From an uncultured Planctomycetales bacterium (GTDB taxonomy: Bacteria; Omnitrophota; Gorgyraeia; Gygaellales; Profunditerraquicolaceae), in assembly GCA_964399915.1 (NCBI GenBank), contig CAYNRN010000003.1:2064-66063 (forward strand): a stretch of 64,000 nucleotides of DNA, in the 5' to 3' direction. Numbering within the stretch: the stretch's first letter is position 1; every line of letters begins with the position of its first letter. Made by a program: the position numbers and the translations under genes. Shown one piece after another: positions 28,422 to 37,443 of this stretch. Under the pieces are notes generated by a model. The model worked only from the letters and a program-made list of their open reading frames with translations, was not told the origin of the DNA and did not search any database.

Positions 28422-29529
28422 TCCGGTCTGCGGGATGCAGGTTGATGAAAAAACAGGGATCAGGGTTAGCAAGGGCGGAAAAGACTTATTTTTCTGCAGC
28501 TCAAATTGCAGGGATAGATTCACAGGAAAGCCTTTCTATAAAAATAAACTTTTTTTGCTATCCGGCATCTGCCTGCTGCTTCTGGGTTTTTCGTTTGTCT
28601 TCGCTATCCTGGAGCCTTTCAGGGAATCTTTCCTGAGCTATCTGAGATCTATCTGGTGGGCGGTGCTTTTAGGGCTGCTACTGGGAGGCGTCATCGATCA
28701 TTTTGTCCCCAGTGAGTATGTATCTAAGATCTTAGCCCGCAAGGGCGCGCGGACAATCTTTAATTCCGTATTTTTGGGGTTTTTAATGAGCGCCTGCAGC
28801 CACGGGATACTGGCGCTTTCCATACAGCTGCATAAGAAGGGTGCGTCGAACCCGGCAGTGGTAAGCTTCCTCCTGGCAAGCCCCTGGGCTAATTTTGCGG
28901 TTACAATGATGATTTTAAGCTTATTCGGCATCAAGGGGTTATTCATCATTATCGCCGCTTTGGTTATCGCGCTTAATACCGGATTTATCTTTATTCTGCT
29001 TGAAAAGAATAACCTTATAGAGAAAAATAAGAATATTACCGAAGTGCCTGAGAATTTTTCGATTATCAGAGATTTCAGGAGGCGCAGCGGGGATTATAAG
29101 TTTAACCTGTATACGCTGATCAACGATATTAAGGGGATCAGGGCAGGCGCGGTATCTCTGGCAGATATGGTTTTATGGTGGATTATCCTGGGAATGTTGC
29201 TGGCAAGTTTAGCCGGGGCATATATCCCGGTGCACTTTTTCCATAAGTTTATGGGGCCGACAATGCTCGGATTACTGGTGACGCTGGGTATCGCTACGGT
29301 TATAGAGGTTTGCTCCGAGGGGTCATCGCCTTTAGCTTTTGAGATCTACCGCCAGAGCGGAGCGTTGGGAAACAGTTTTACATTTCTTATGGCAGGAGTA
29401 GTAACGGATTATACCGAAATCGGGCTTCTCTGGACGAATGTCGGTAAAAAAACCGCGCTTTGGATGCCGGTAGTGGCTGTGCCGCAGGTGATTATCCTGG
29501 GATACCTGGCTAATCTATTCCTTAAATAA
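28411..29529 (+). CDS. YHS/TRASH domain fused to a DUF318 (ArsP-like) permease
   Basis: DPVCGM..FFCSSNC N-terminus; ACSHG, FLLASP, VCSEGS, FLMAG. Confidence 0.85.
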   Translation: MAVDPVCGMQVDEKTGIRVSKGGKDLFFCSSNCRDRFTGKPFYKNKLFLLSGICLLLLGFSFVFAILEPFRESFLSYLRSIWWAVLLGLLLGGVIDHFVPSEYVSKILARKGARTIFNSVFLGFLMSACSHGILALSIQLHKKGASNPAVVSFLLASPWANFAVTMMILSLFGIKGLFIIIAALVIALNTGFIFILLEKNNLIEKNKNITEVPENFSIIRDFRRRSGDYKFNLYTLINDIKGIRAGAVSLADMVLWWIILGMLLASLAGAYIPVHFFHKFMGPTMLGLLVTLGIATVIEVCSEGSSPLAFEIYRQSGALGNSFTFLMAGVVTDYTEIGLLWTNVGKKTALWMPVVAVPQVIILGYLANLFLK

Positions 29530-29546
29530 ACCCAAGGAGGGGCTCT

Positions 29547-30620
29547 GTGCCTAAAATTAAAAAAGTTCTTACAGTTTTTATCGCCGTATTTGCGTTGTTT
29601 TTTATTGCTTCGGCAGTATCGGTTGCCATGTTCGGCAAGAAGTTCGCCGAGGAACAGCTTGCAAAAAACCTAAAAGAAGAAGTCAGCTTAGGCGGCATCG
29701 GCCTGAGCCTGCCCTTTAATATCCGCATTGCAGATTTAAAAATCGGGGATTTATTCAGCGCAGAAAGGGTCTCTTTTATCCCTAACCTTGCGGGGTTATT
29801 TTCAGGCAGGATAGTTTTAAGCGGGGTCTCCCTGATAAATCCCGTAGTTAATTTTGTGCAGAACTCAGACGGGAGCAATAATTTACCCGCCCTAGATAAA
29901 GGGGGGAAACAACAGCAGATAATCCTCACCGGCCTTTCCGTAAAAAACGGAAAGTTCATTTATAATGATAAGAAGATCGCGCCGCAGGGTTTTGTAACCG
30001 AGGTCGACCAGATAAACATAGAGCTTTCCAGGGCAATGCTTCCCCTTGCCGGGCTGAAGGCCAGTTTTAAGATGAGCGCGCTGGTTTTGCAGCCCGACGG
30101 GGAAGTGCTGGGAGCGCTTAAGTTTAATGGGTGGGCTGATTTTATTTCTAAAAATATGGATGCAGCTCTCACAGCCACCGACCTTAACGTCGGTTATTTT
30201 GCTCCGTATTACGGAAACTTTATCTCCGAAAAAAAGCTCGTTTCGGCTAAGCTGAACTTAGAATCAAAACTTAAGTCAAAAGACAACGCCCTTGATATCA
30301 ATTCGAACCTGGTGCTTTCAGACCTGGTTTATGCCCGGCAGGAGGCTGCCGAGCCTCAGCAGGTCGACCTTAAGGAATTATTCAGCAATACCCTTGATTT
30401 ATTTGCCGATGAACGAGGCAATATCAAGCTGAATTTTGTGATCAAGACAGATTTCGATAATCCCCGCATAACAATAGCCGCATTAAAGAAAGCAGCGTTT
30501 GAGGCAGCAGCAAAGAACCTTATCTCTCAAAGGCCGAGCCTCCTTCAGGAAAAAGTCAACACCCTAATCGGTCAATTTAAATCCCTGCGAAAAGGCGCAG
30601 AAGCGGAACAGGCGCAATAA
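29547..30620 (+). CDS. AsmA/DUF748 family protein
   Basis: N-terminal TM anchor, NPVVNFVQNSDGSNN, beta-rich body, D.RGNIKLNF. Confidence 0.65.
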   Translation: MPKIKKVLTVFIAVFALFFIASAVSVAMFGKKFAEEQLAKNLKEEVSLGGIGLSLPFNIRIADLKIGDLFSAERVSFIPNLAGLFSGRIVLSGVSLINPVVNFVQNSDGSNNLPALDKGGKQQQIILTGLSVKNGKFIYNDKKIAPQGFVTEVDQINIELSRAMLPLAGLKASFKMSALVLQPDGEVLGALKFNGWADFISKNMDAALTATDLNVGYFAPYYGNFISEKKLVSAKLNLESKLKSKDNALDINSNLVLSDLVYARQEAAEPQQVDLKELFSNTLDLFADERGNIKLNFVIKTDFDNPRITIAALKKAAFEAAAKNLISQRPSLLQEKVNTLIGQFKSLRKGAEAEQAQ

Positions 30621-30645
30621 AACATTCTAAAAAATAAAAAAACTC

Positions 30646-30675
30646 TTGACAAATGATACTATTATGGTATCATTT
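30646..30675 (+). promoter_or_regulatory. Promoter with overlapping 9-7-9 dyad (probable Rrf2 operator)
   Basis: TTGACA(30646)-16-TATCAT with extended TG; perfect IR AAATGATAC-N7-GTATCATTT at 30651-30675. Confidence 0.8.
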
Positions 30676-30704
30676 ATGTAATCGAAAAGAAAGGAGAAGA
30701 AAAG

Positions 30705-30788
30705 ATGGATATTACCGTCAGATACATGCTTAGGCCGGTAGCCCACTGTAAAGAAGGCTGCCAGTTTTTGCCCCGGGCAAGGCGTTAA
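30705..30788 (+). CDS. 27-aa small or leader ORF
   Basis: AAGGAG SD; MDITVRYMLRPVAHCKEGCQFLPRARR*. Confidence 0.5.
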   Translation: MDITVRYMLRPVAHCKEGCQFLPRARR

Positions 30789-30821
30789 ACTGCCCATTTG
30801 TTTTTATTTTAAGGAGTATTT

Positions 30822-31226
30822 ATGAAACTGATTACCAGGGATACTGATTATGCGTTGAGGGCGGTTTGTTTTATCGCCGGTCAAAAGGAGAGGGTTGTTG
30901 CAGCCTCCGAATTAGCCGAGGCACTGAAAGTCCCGCGCCCTTTCTTGAGAAAACTGCTTCAGGTTTTGAACAGGAAGAATGTGCTTATATCTTTGCGCGG
31001 CATAGGCGGAGGATTCTTATTAGCCAGGACGGCAGATAAGATTTATCTAACTGAATTGATAAAGATATTCCAGGGGCCGTTTTCCCTGAACGAATGTTCC
31101 TTAAAGAAAAAGCCCTGCCCCGAAAGAAAAATCTGCCCTTTGAGAAAGAAAATATGCAGGATAGAACGCTATCTATTAAGGGAATTAAGCGCCGTCAGCG
31201 TAGGTTCTTTATTAAAGAGAAAGTAA
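30822..31226 (+). CDS. Rrf2 family transcriptional regulator (three Cys, Fe-S type)
   Basis: TDYALRA, FLRKLLQ, SLRGIGGGF, C-x6-C-x5-C. Confidence 0.93.
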   Translation: MKLITRDTDYALRAVCFIAGQKERVVAASELAEALKVPRPFLRKLLQVLNRKNVLISLRGIGGGFLLARTADKIYLTELIKIFQGPFSLNECSLKKKPCPERKICPLRKKICRIERYLLRELSAVSVGSLLKRK

Positions 31227-31230
31227 TTCA

Positions 31231-32064
31231 ATGAACAAGAGGAAGATTATAAAAATAAACGAAGAAAAATGCAACGGCTGCGGCCTTTGCATCCCAAATT
31301 GCCCGGAAGGGGCATTACAGATTATTGACGGCAAAGCCCGGTTAATCAGCGACCTTTTCTGTGACGGCTTAGGGGCCTGTATCGGGCATTGCCCAGAGGG
31401 CGCCATTACTATAGTGGAGCGGGAGGCCGGAGAATACGAAGAGAAAAAGGTAATGGCCAATATCGTAAAGCAGGGTAAAAACGTGATCAAAGCCCATCTT
31501 AAGCACCTTAATGATCATAACGAAACCCGATATTTAAATCAGGCGCTTGCCTATTTGAAGGAAGAGGGCATTGAAAATCCTCTTGCTGATGAATCTAAGG
31601 GGAAGCCTGTTTTGCCTTGCGGTTGCCCCGGGACTAAAGTGGTTGACTTCAGGAAAGAAGGCGCCGCTAAAAAGCCAGAATCATCCCCGCGGCAGGAATC
31701 CGAATTAAGGCAGTGGCCGGTGCAGACCATGCTTGTGCCGGCGCACGCTCCTTATCTGGACGGCGCGGATTTACTGATTGCCGCAGACTGCGTGCCTTTT
31801 GCTTATGCCGGCTTCCATAATCAGCTGCTAAAGGATAAGATCCTGCTTGTGGGCTGCCCGAAGCTTGATGATATCGGCATATATGCGCAGAAGCTGAGAG
31901 AGATATTTAAGGGGCGCGATATCAAATCAGTAACCTACGCCCATATGGAAGTGCCTTGTTGTTTCGGCTTGGTAGAGACGATTAAATCGGCGATTTCCGA
32001 CTCCGGAAAAGCAATACCTTTCAAAGAAGCGATTATCAGCATAAAAGGAGAGAGGATTAAGTGA
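31231..32064 (+). CDS. 4Fe-4S dicluster protein with Cys-rich C-terminal domain
   Basis: CNGCGLC..CPEG, CDGLGACIGHCP, CGCPG, QWPVQ, AADC, GCPKLD, MEVPCC. Confidence 0.88.
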   Translation: MNKRKIIKINEEKCNGCGLCIPNCPEGALQIIDGKARLISDLFCDGLGACIGHCPEGAITIVEREAGEYEEKKVMANIVKQGKNVIKAHLKHLNDHNETRYLNQALAYLKEEGIENPLADESKGKPVLPCGCPGTKVVDFRKEGAAKKPESSPRQESELRQWPVQTMLVPAHAPYLDGADLLIAADCVPFAYAGFHNQLLKDKILLVGCPKLDDIGIYAQKLREIFKGRDIKSVTYAHMEVPCCFGLVETIKSAISDSGKAIPFKEAIISIKGERIK

Positions 32065-32312
32065 TATTCAAGTGCCCGGGGCAGGACAGCAGGAATATAA
32101 AGGGAGAGGCAATAAAATGCCCCAAGTGCGGATATAGGGCAGAGATTTTCTCTGACGAGATAAAGGTCAGGTGCCCGGAGTGCAAGATTTTAATCTCCAG
32201 GCAGAGGCTGCCCTCATGCATTGACTGGTGTAAATCCGCCCGGGCGTGCCTTGGGCAAGAGAGGTGGAACAGGTTAAGCAAAGGTGGTATAATTGAAAAC
32301 AAGGGAGGATAA
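32061..32312 (+). CDS. Small Cys-rich (Zn-ribbon or Fe-S) protein
   Basis: [30 protein letters not shown]. Confidence 0.75.
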   Translation: MIFKCPGQDSRNIKGEAIKCPKCGYRAEIFSDEIKVRCPECKILISRQRLPSCIDWCKSARACLGQERWNRLSKGGIIENKGG

Positions 32313-32317
32313 TTCAG

Positions 32318-32476
32318 ATGGAAAAATATAAGTGTACCGTCTGCAGTTATATCTATGACCCGGCAAAGGGCGATGATACTCAAGGGATTAAACCCGGAAC
32401 ACCATTCGCGGACTTACCGGATAGCTGGGTGTGCCCTGATTGCGGCGTGGGCAAGGACTTATTCGAAAAGCTATAA
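32318..32476 (+). CDS. Rubredoxin
   Basis: GGAGG SD; [46 protein letters not shown]; not in the ORF track. Confidence 0.97.
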   Translation: MEKYKCTVCSYIYDPAKGDDTQGIKPGTPFADLPDSWVCPDCGVGKDLFEKL

Positions 32477-32485
32477 GAGTTCAAG

Positions 32486-33193
32486 ATGATAAAAGAATTA
32501 GAGGCCAGGATAAAAGAGATAATCCCGCGTACTTATAATGTGATAAGTTTCCGTGCAGAGGCTTCAGCCGGAGCCGATTTTAAAGCCGGACAGTTCATGG
32601 AGGTTTCCCTGAAAACAAAGCCGGTTTTAAAGAGATATCTGTCGATATCCAGTTCTCCTACCGAAAAGGGGTATCTTGAATTCACCAAAAAGATTACTCA
32701 GAGCGATTTTTGTAAGGCCCTGCAGAATTTAAAACCTGGAGATTTTCTGAATTTAAGATATCCGCTGGGTAAGTTTACCTTATCGGGAGGCGAGAAAAAG
32801 ATCGCTTTTTTATCGGGCGGCATAGGAATTACGCCGATCAGAAGCATAGTAAAATTTATTGTGGATACGAAATTAGGGCTTGATATGGTGCTGTTTTACG
32901 CCAACCGTTCAGCAAAAGATATCGCTTTCTGGGAAGATTTTGAGGATATGCAGCGTAGCTACGCCAAACTTAAAGTTATACATGTCATCAGCGAATTTTC
33001 CCAGGGCTTGACTGGCTGTAAATCCGGGATGATTAACGCAGAAATGATCAGAGAGTGCCTGTCGGATTACGCAGAGCGTAAATTCTATCTCTGCGGGCCT
33101 CCGGTAATGGTAAGCGCGATGCAGGCAATACTCTCCAAAGAGCTAAGCCTGCCCTACAGCCAAGTTATTACAGAGAATTTTCAAGGTTATTAA
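32486..33193 (+). CDS. FNR-like FAD/NAD(P)-binding oxidoreductase
   Basis: FKAGQF, RYLSISS, GGIGITP, YLCGPP, ENF. Confidence 0.9.
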   Translation: MIKELEARIKEIIPRTYNVISFRAEASAGADFKAGQFMEVSLKTKPVLKRYLSISSSPTEKGYLEFTKKITQSDFCKALQNLKPGDFLNLRYPLGKFTLSGGEKKIAFLSGGIGITPIRSIVKFIVDTKLGLDMVLFYANRSAKDIAFWEDFEDMQRSYAKLKVIHVISEFSQGLTGCKSGMINAEMIRECLSDYAERKFYLCGPPVMVSAMQAILSKELSLPYSQVITENFQGY

Positions 33194-33203
33194 GGAGGTA
33201 AAT

Positions 33204-34397
33204 ATGCCGGTGCTTAAAATACTCCCCAATATTTATTCTGTGGGCGCAATAGACTGGGATGTGCGTAATTTTCACGGCCATACTTATACTACAAAAAGAG
33301 GCACTACCTATAATTCTTATCTTATAGTAGATGAGAAGATCGCCTTGGTAGATACGGTTTACGGGCCTTTCGCCGATGAACTGATTGAGAATATAAAGAG
33401 TATCGTCCTCCCGGAAAAAATAGATTTTGTGATTGCTAATCATGTGGAGACGGATCATTCAGGGGCGCTGCCTGCGATTATGAAGCTTTGCCCCAAAGCT
33501 AAAGTAATCGGGACTCAGAAATGCAAGGAAGGTTTATATAAGCATTATTACGGCAATTGGGATTTTCAGGTGGTAAAGACAGGCGATAAGATTAAACTCG
33601 GCTCGCGCAGCCTTACCTTTATGGAGGCGCCGATGATCCACTGGCCGGACAGTATGTTTACCTATTGTCCCGAAGAACAGCTGCTGCTTCCCAATGATGC
33701 TTTCGGGCAGCATTATGCCACAAGCGGGCGGTTTGACGACGAGGTAGACCAATGCGCGCTTATGGATGAGGCAAAAAAATATTACGCCAATATACTCTGG
33801 CCGTTAAGTTCCCTGATCCAGAGGAAGATTGAGGAAGTGCAGAAGTTAAATCTAGCGATCAAAATTATTGCCCCGAGCCACGGGGTGATCTGGCGCAAGG
33901 ACCCGATGAAGATTGTCAAGGCGTATCTGGCATGGGCTAAAAACGAAACTGTCCCTAAGGCGGTGATTGTTTATGAGACGATGTGGGGGGCAACCGAAAA
34001 GATGGCCCGCAGGATCACTGACGGCATAGTTGATTCCGGTGCCGAGGCTAAGGTTTATAATATCGCAACAAGCGACAGGACAGAAGTATTAAATGATATG
34101 CTTGACGCAAAAGGATTTTTGTTCGGCTCTTCTACTCACGATAATGATATGCTGCCTTCGATAGCAGCGTTTATGGAGCTTTTTAAAGGGTTAAAGCCGA
34201 AAAACCGCATTGCCGCTGTTTTCGGCTCGCATGGCTGGGCCGGCGGGGCAGTGAAAGAAATAGAGGCGGTAGCCAGGGAAGCGGGAGCCGAGGTTATCCA
34301 GCCCGGGCTTGCGCTGCAATACGTTCCGGATGCCCGGGAACTGGAAAACTGTTATGAATTCGGGAAGAGTTTTGCGCAAAGAATAAAAGGAGGATAA
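33204..34397 (+). CDS. fprA: Flavodiiron protein (A-type flavoprotein)
   Basis: GTTYNSYL, NHVETDH, HWPDSM, NDAFGQH, PSHG, C-terminal flavodoxin domain. Confidence 0.96.
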   Translation: MPVLKILPNIYSVGAIDWDVRNFHGHTYTTKRGTTYNSYLIVDEKIALVDTVYGPFADELIENIKSIVLPEKIDFVIANHVETDHSGALPAIMKLCPKAKVIGTQKCKEGLYKHYYGNWDFQVVKTGDKIKLGSRSLTFMEAPMIHWPDSMFTYCPEEQLLLPNDAFGQHYATSGRFDDEVDQCALMDEAKKYYANILWPLSSLIQRKIEEVQKLNLAIKIIAPSHGVIWRKDPMKIVKAYLAWAKNETVPKAVIVYETMWGATEKMARRITDGIVDSGAEAKVYNIATSDRTEVLNDMLDAKGFLFGSSTHDNDMLPSIAAFMELFKGLKPKNRIAAVFGSHGWAGGAVKEIEAVAREAGAEVIQPGLALQYVPDARELENCYEFGKSFAQRIKGG

Positions 34398-34398
34398 G

Positions 34399-34839
34399 AT
34401 GAATACTTTTATCTGCGGTAAATGCGGGTACTTGGCTTTTGATCAGGCGCCGGATATCTGTCCGGTTTGCGGCGCTAAGAAAGAGGCCTTTGAAGCCGAT
34501 CCCTCTGCGATTAAAAAACCGGCCGATCCTAAAAGCCTTAATGATCTGGAGAAAAAGCATATCCCGGCTATAACGTTAGTCAGGAAATGCGGGCTGGTAC
34601 CTCAAGGCTGTATAGACGTACATATTAAGGTAGGGGAAATCCTGCACGTAATGGAAGCCAAACACTTTATTATGTACATAGATGTCTATCTGGATAAAAA
34701 TTTTATTGCCCGCTACCATATGACACCCGATAAATTAAACCCGGTTTTAAGCCTGCATCTTAAGGCCGACAAGGGAGAGTTGCTGGCGCTGGAAAATTGT
34801 AACCTCCACGGCAGGTGGGTTGCCGGGGCAACAATCTGA
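34399..34839 (+). CDS. Superoxide reductase with an N-terminal rubredoxin-like domain
   Basis: CGKCG..CPVCG; EKKHIP, HVMEAKHFI, CNLHG. Confidence 0.88.
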   Translation: MNTFICGKCGYLAFDQAPDICPVCGAKKEAFEADPSAIKKPADPKSLNDLEKKHIPAITLVRKCGLVPQGCIDVHIKVGEILHVMEAKHFIMYIDVYLDKNFIARYHMTPDKLNPVLSLHLKADKGELLALENCNLHGRWVAGATI

Positions 34840-35309
34840 TGGTTGCTTTAAGTGGCAGTATAATTAATTTTTTTCAGGATCAGGGGTGCGTTCTGGTCAA
34901 TAGTATCGATGAAAACGGCACGCCGCACAGCGCCTGTAAGGGGATAGTCGAGATAACGAAAAACGGGCGCGTTTTTCTATTCGACCTTTACCGGCAAAAG
35001 ACCCATAATAACCTACTGCTCAATCCTAAAATAAGTATCACCGCTTTCAACGAGCATAAGTTTATCGGTTATTGCCTTAAAGGCAGGGCCTCTGCTGTTA
35101 CCGCCGGAGAGATTAACGCCGACCTGATCAAGGCTTGGGAGGAACGGATTACCAGCAGGCTTACGCAGAGGTTATTAAAGAATATTCACGAAGAAAAGGG
35201 CCATCCGTATCATCCGGAAGCGCTCTTGCCTAAGCCGCAATATCTTATTGCAATGGATGTCGAAGAGATAGTGGATTTGACGCCGCAGCATATTAAAGAC
35301 AGGGGGTAG
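34839..35309 (+). CDS. Pyridoxamine 5'-phosphate oxidase-like split-barrel protein
   Basis: SIDENGTPH, KTHNNL..NPKISI, GYCLKG, DVEEIVDLTP. Confidence 0.75.
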   Translation: MVALSGSIINFFQDQGCVLVNSIDENGTPHSACKGIVEITKNGRVFLFDLYRQKTHNNLLLNPKISITAFNEHKFIGYCLKGRASAVTAGEINADLIKAWEERITSRLTQRLLKNIHEEKGHPYHPEALLPKPQYLIAMDVEEIVDLTPQHIKDRG

Positions 35310-35312
35310 AAG

Positions 35313-35789
35313 ATGGGGAATATCTTTGCAGCCAGCGAGATCGTAGAGATAGGGATTCAGATCGAAAGAAACGGCAAAGATTTTTACGAAACTCTCAGCC
35401 GTAATAGCAAGGATCTCAAAGTGCAGGATACCTTCAATTTCCTTTCCGGCGAAGAAGCGAAACATATCGCTGCTTTCCAGAAGATACTCGGTTCGATAGG
35501 AAAATATGAGCCGCAGGGGCTGGATTCGGATGATTACTACGCCTATATGAATGCCTTATCTGCTGACAGCGTGTTTACCCAGAAAGATAAGGGAAGAGAA
35601 CTGGCAGCTAAGGTTAAAAACAATACCCAGGCGATTGATATGGGTATTCAGGCGGAGAAGGATTCAATTGTCTTTTATGAAGGGATAAAAAAGGCAGTAC
35701 CGGATTATGACCACAAGGCTGTAGATGAGATAATCCGTCAGGAGCAGGAACATTTAGGCATGTTATTGGGTTTAAAGAGAAAAATCTAA
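35313..35789 (+). CDS. Ferritin-like / rubrerythrin-family diiron protein
   Basis: IE..GKDFY, EEAKH, AEKDSIVFY, QEQEH. Confidence 0.9.
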   Translation: MGNIFAASEIVEIGIQIERNGKDFYETLSRNSKDLKVQDTFNFLSGEEAKHIAAFQKILGSIGKYEPQGLDSDDYYAYMNALSADSVFTQKDKGRELAAKVKNNTQAIDMGIQAEKDSIVFYEGIKKAVPDYDHKAVDEIIRQEQEHLGMLLGLKRKI

Positions 35790-35802
35790 GAGGAGGCTCT
35801 TA

Positions 35803-36039
35803 ATGGCTAAGTCGGTAAAAGTATACTCTACGCCAACTTGCCCCTGGTGCATTAAAGTTAAGCAGTTCCTTTCCGAAAATAATATCGCTTTTGAGAACTT
35901 TGATGTATCAAGCGATCAGGATAAAGCCCAGGAGATGATTAATAAAACCGGGCAGATGGGCGTGCCGGTTATCGACGTTGAAGGCGAGATCATCGTCGGG
36001 TTTGATAAAGATAAGATAAAACGAACCTTAGGAATATGA
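35803..36039 (+). CDS. Glutaredoxin-like protein (NrdH/YruB)
   Basis: YSTPTCPWC, GQMGVPVI, VGFD. Confidence 0.93.
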   Translation: MAKSVKVYSTPTCPWCIKVKQFLSENNIAFENFDVSSDQDKAQEMINKTGQMGVPVIDVEGEIIVGFDKDKIKRTLGI

Positions 36040-36953
36040 CCTACGATTTAGTCGTCATCGGCGCCGGGCCCGCTGGTATTACCGCAGCGATTTATGCAGC
36101 CAGAAAACGTTTAAATACCCTGGTGATTACCAAGGATATCGGGGGACAGGCGGCGTGGAGCGGGGATATCGAGAATTACATCGGATACCAATTTATCACT
36201 GGTCCTGACCTGGTAGAAAAGTTTGAAGAGCACCTGCGTAAATATGATATCGTTTTAAAAGAAAACGAAGCTGTTCAGACAGTAGAGAAACAAGGGAATA
36301 AAATTAAAGTCAAGACAGACAAGGCTGAATATGATTCCCGTACCGTGATTATTGCCTGCGGAAAGCGCTCTCGCGAATTGAATGTCCCGGGAGAAAAAGA
36401 ATTTAAGAATAAAGGCCTTACTTACTGCGCCACCTGTGACGGCCCGTTATTCAGCGGCAAAGATGTAGCGGTTATCGGAGGAGGTAATTCCGCCCTGGAT
36501 GCGGCACTGCAGTTAGCCAATATCGCTAGAAAAGTATATATTATCAATAATACCGTGCAGTTGGTAGGCGATGAAATAATGCTTGAGAAATTAACCGGTA
36601 ATACCAAAGTCGCGGTATTTAATGATGCCCGGGTTTTGGAGGTCTTTGGGGATAAATTTGTTAGCGGCCTGAAGATAAAACAGCAGGGTAGGGAGCAGGA
36701 ATTAACTGTTCAGGGCGTCTTTGTTGAAATCGGGCTCCTGCCTAACTCAAGGATCGTTCCGCAGGCGGCTAAGAACGTTTCTGCGGAAATTAAGGTTAAC
36801 TTTGCCAACGAAACCAGTATCCCGGCAGTATTCGCCGCCGGAGACGTAACCGATGTGCCGGAGAAACAAATCATTATTGCCGCCGGAGAAGGTGCTAAGG
36901 CCGCATTAAGCGCGTTCCGATATCTTGCCAGAAACAGGTTCAACCAGGAGTAA
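36036..36953 (+). CDS. trxB: Thioredoxin reductase (AhpF C-terminal-like)
   Basis: GAGPAG, IENYIG, YCATCDG, GGGNSA, FAAGD, KQIIIAAGEG. Confidence 0.9.
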   Translation: MTYDLVVIGAGPAGITAAIYAARKRLNTLVITKDIGGQAAWSGDIENYIGYQFITGPDLVEKFEEHLRKYDIVLKENEAVQTVEKQGNKIKVKTDKAEYDSRTVIIACGKRSRELNVPGEKEFKNKGLTYCATCDGPLFSGKDVAVIGGGNSALDAALQLANIARKVYIINNTVQLVGDEIMLEKLTGNTKVAVFNDARVLEVFGDKFVSGLKIKQQGREQELTVQGVFVEIGLLPNSRIVPQAAKNVSAEIKVNFANETSIPAVFAAGDVTDVPEKQIIIAAGEGAKAALSAFRYLARNRFNQE

Positions 36954-37049
36954 TTTTCAAAACCTCTTGCTAATTCTTTAAAGCGGTAATATAATAAAAA
37001 TGGGTCAGGTTTTTCCCCGGAGGGATTCGTCTAAGAGCCAATTAGCCGC

Positions 37050-37355
37050 ATGTCTATCTTCTCTAATCTAGTCTTTGCGCTGGCGCAGATAGTCAATATA
37101 CTCCTAACCGTGCTTTACTGGCTGATTTTGATCCGCGCTTTAATCAGCTGGGTAAACCCGGATCCCTATAACCCAATAGTCCAGTTTCTTTACAAGAGCA
37201 CCGAACCGATACTTTCTCCCATCCGCAGGCTGCTGCCTGTATCTTTGAAGTTCGGCATAGATATTTCTCCAATCATCGCGTTTTTCGTAATATTATTTTT
37301 TAAATCGTTTATAGTAAATAGCTTATTTGACCTTGCGTTACGGCTGAAATCATAA
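37050..37355 (+). CDS. YggT family membrane protein
   Basis: RALISWVNPDPYNPIVQFL..TEPILSPIRR, IDISP. Confidence 0.93.
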   Translation: MSIFSNLVFALAQIVNILLTVLYWLILIRALISWVNPDPYNPIVQFLYKSTEPILSPIRRLLPVSLKFGIDISPIIAFFVILFFKSFIVNSLFDLALRLKS

Positions 37356-37370
37356 AAAAGGAGATAATGA

Positions 37371-37442
37371 TTCTTGGATATAGCCATCGAAGAAGCGATG
37401 AGAATGATGGTTTCCGTCGGGTTGCTTAATCCGGGGAGGTAA
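37371..37442 (+). pseudogene. Possible C-terminal remnant of a DUF502-like gene
   Basis: Startless frame FLDIAIEEAMRMMVSVGLLNPGR* resembles the DUF502 tail (LDMSVEEAMK.IIS.G...P) as recalled. Confidence 0.4.
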
Positions 37443-37443
37443 G

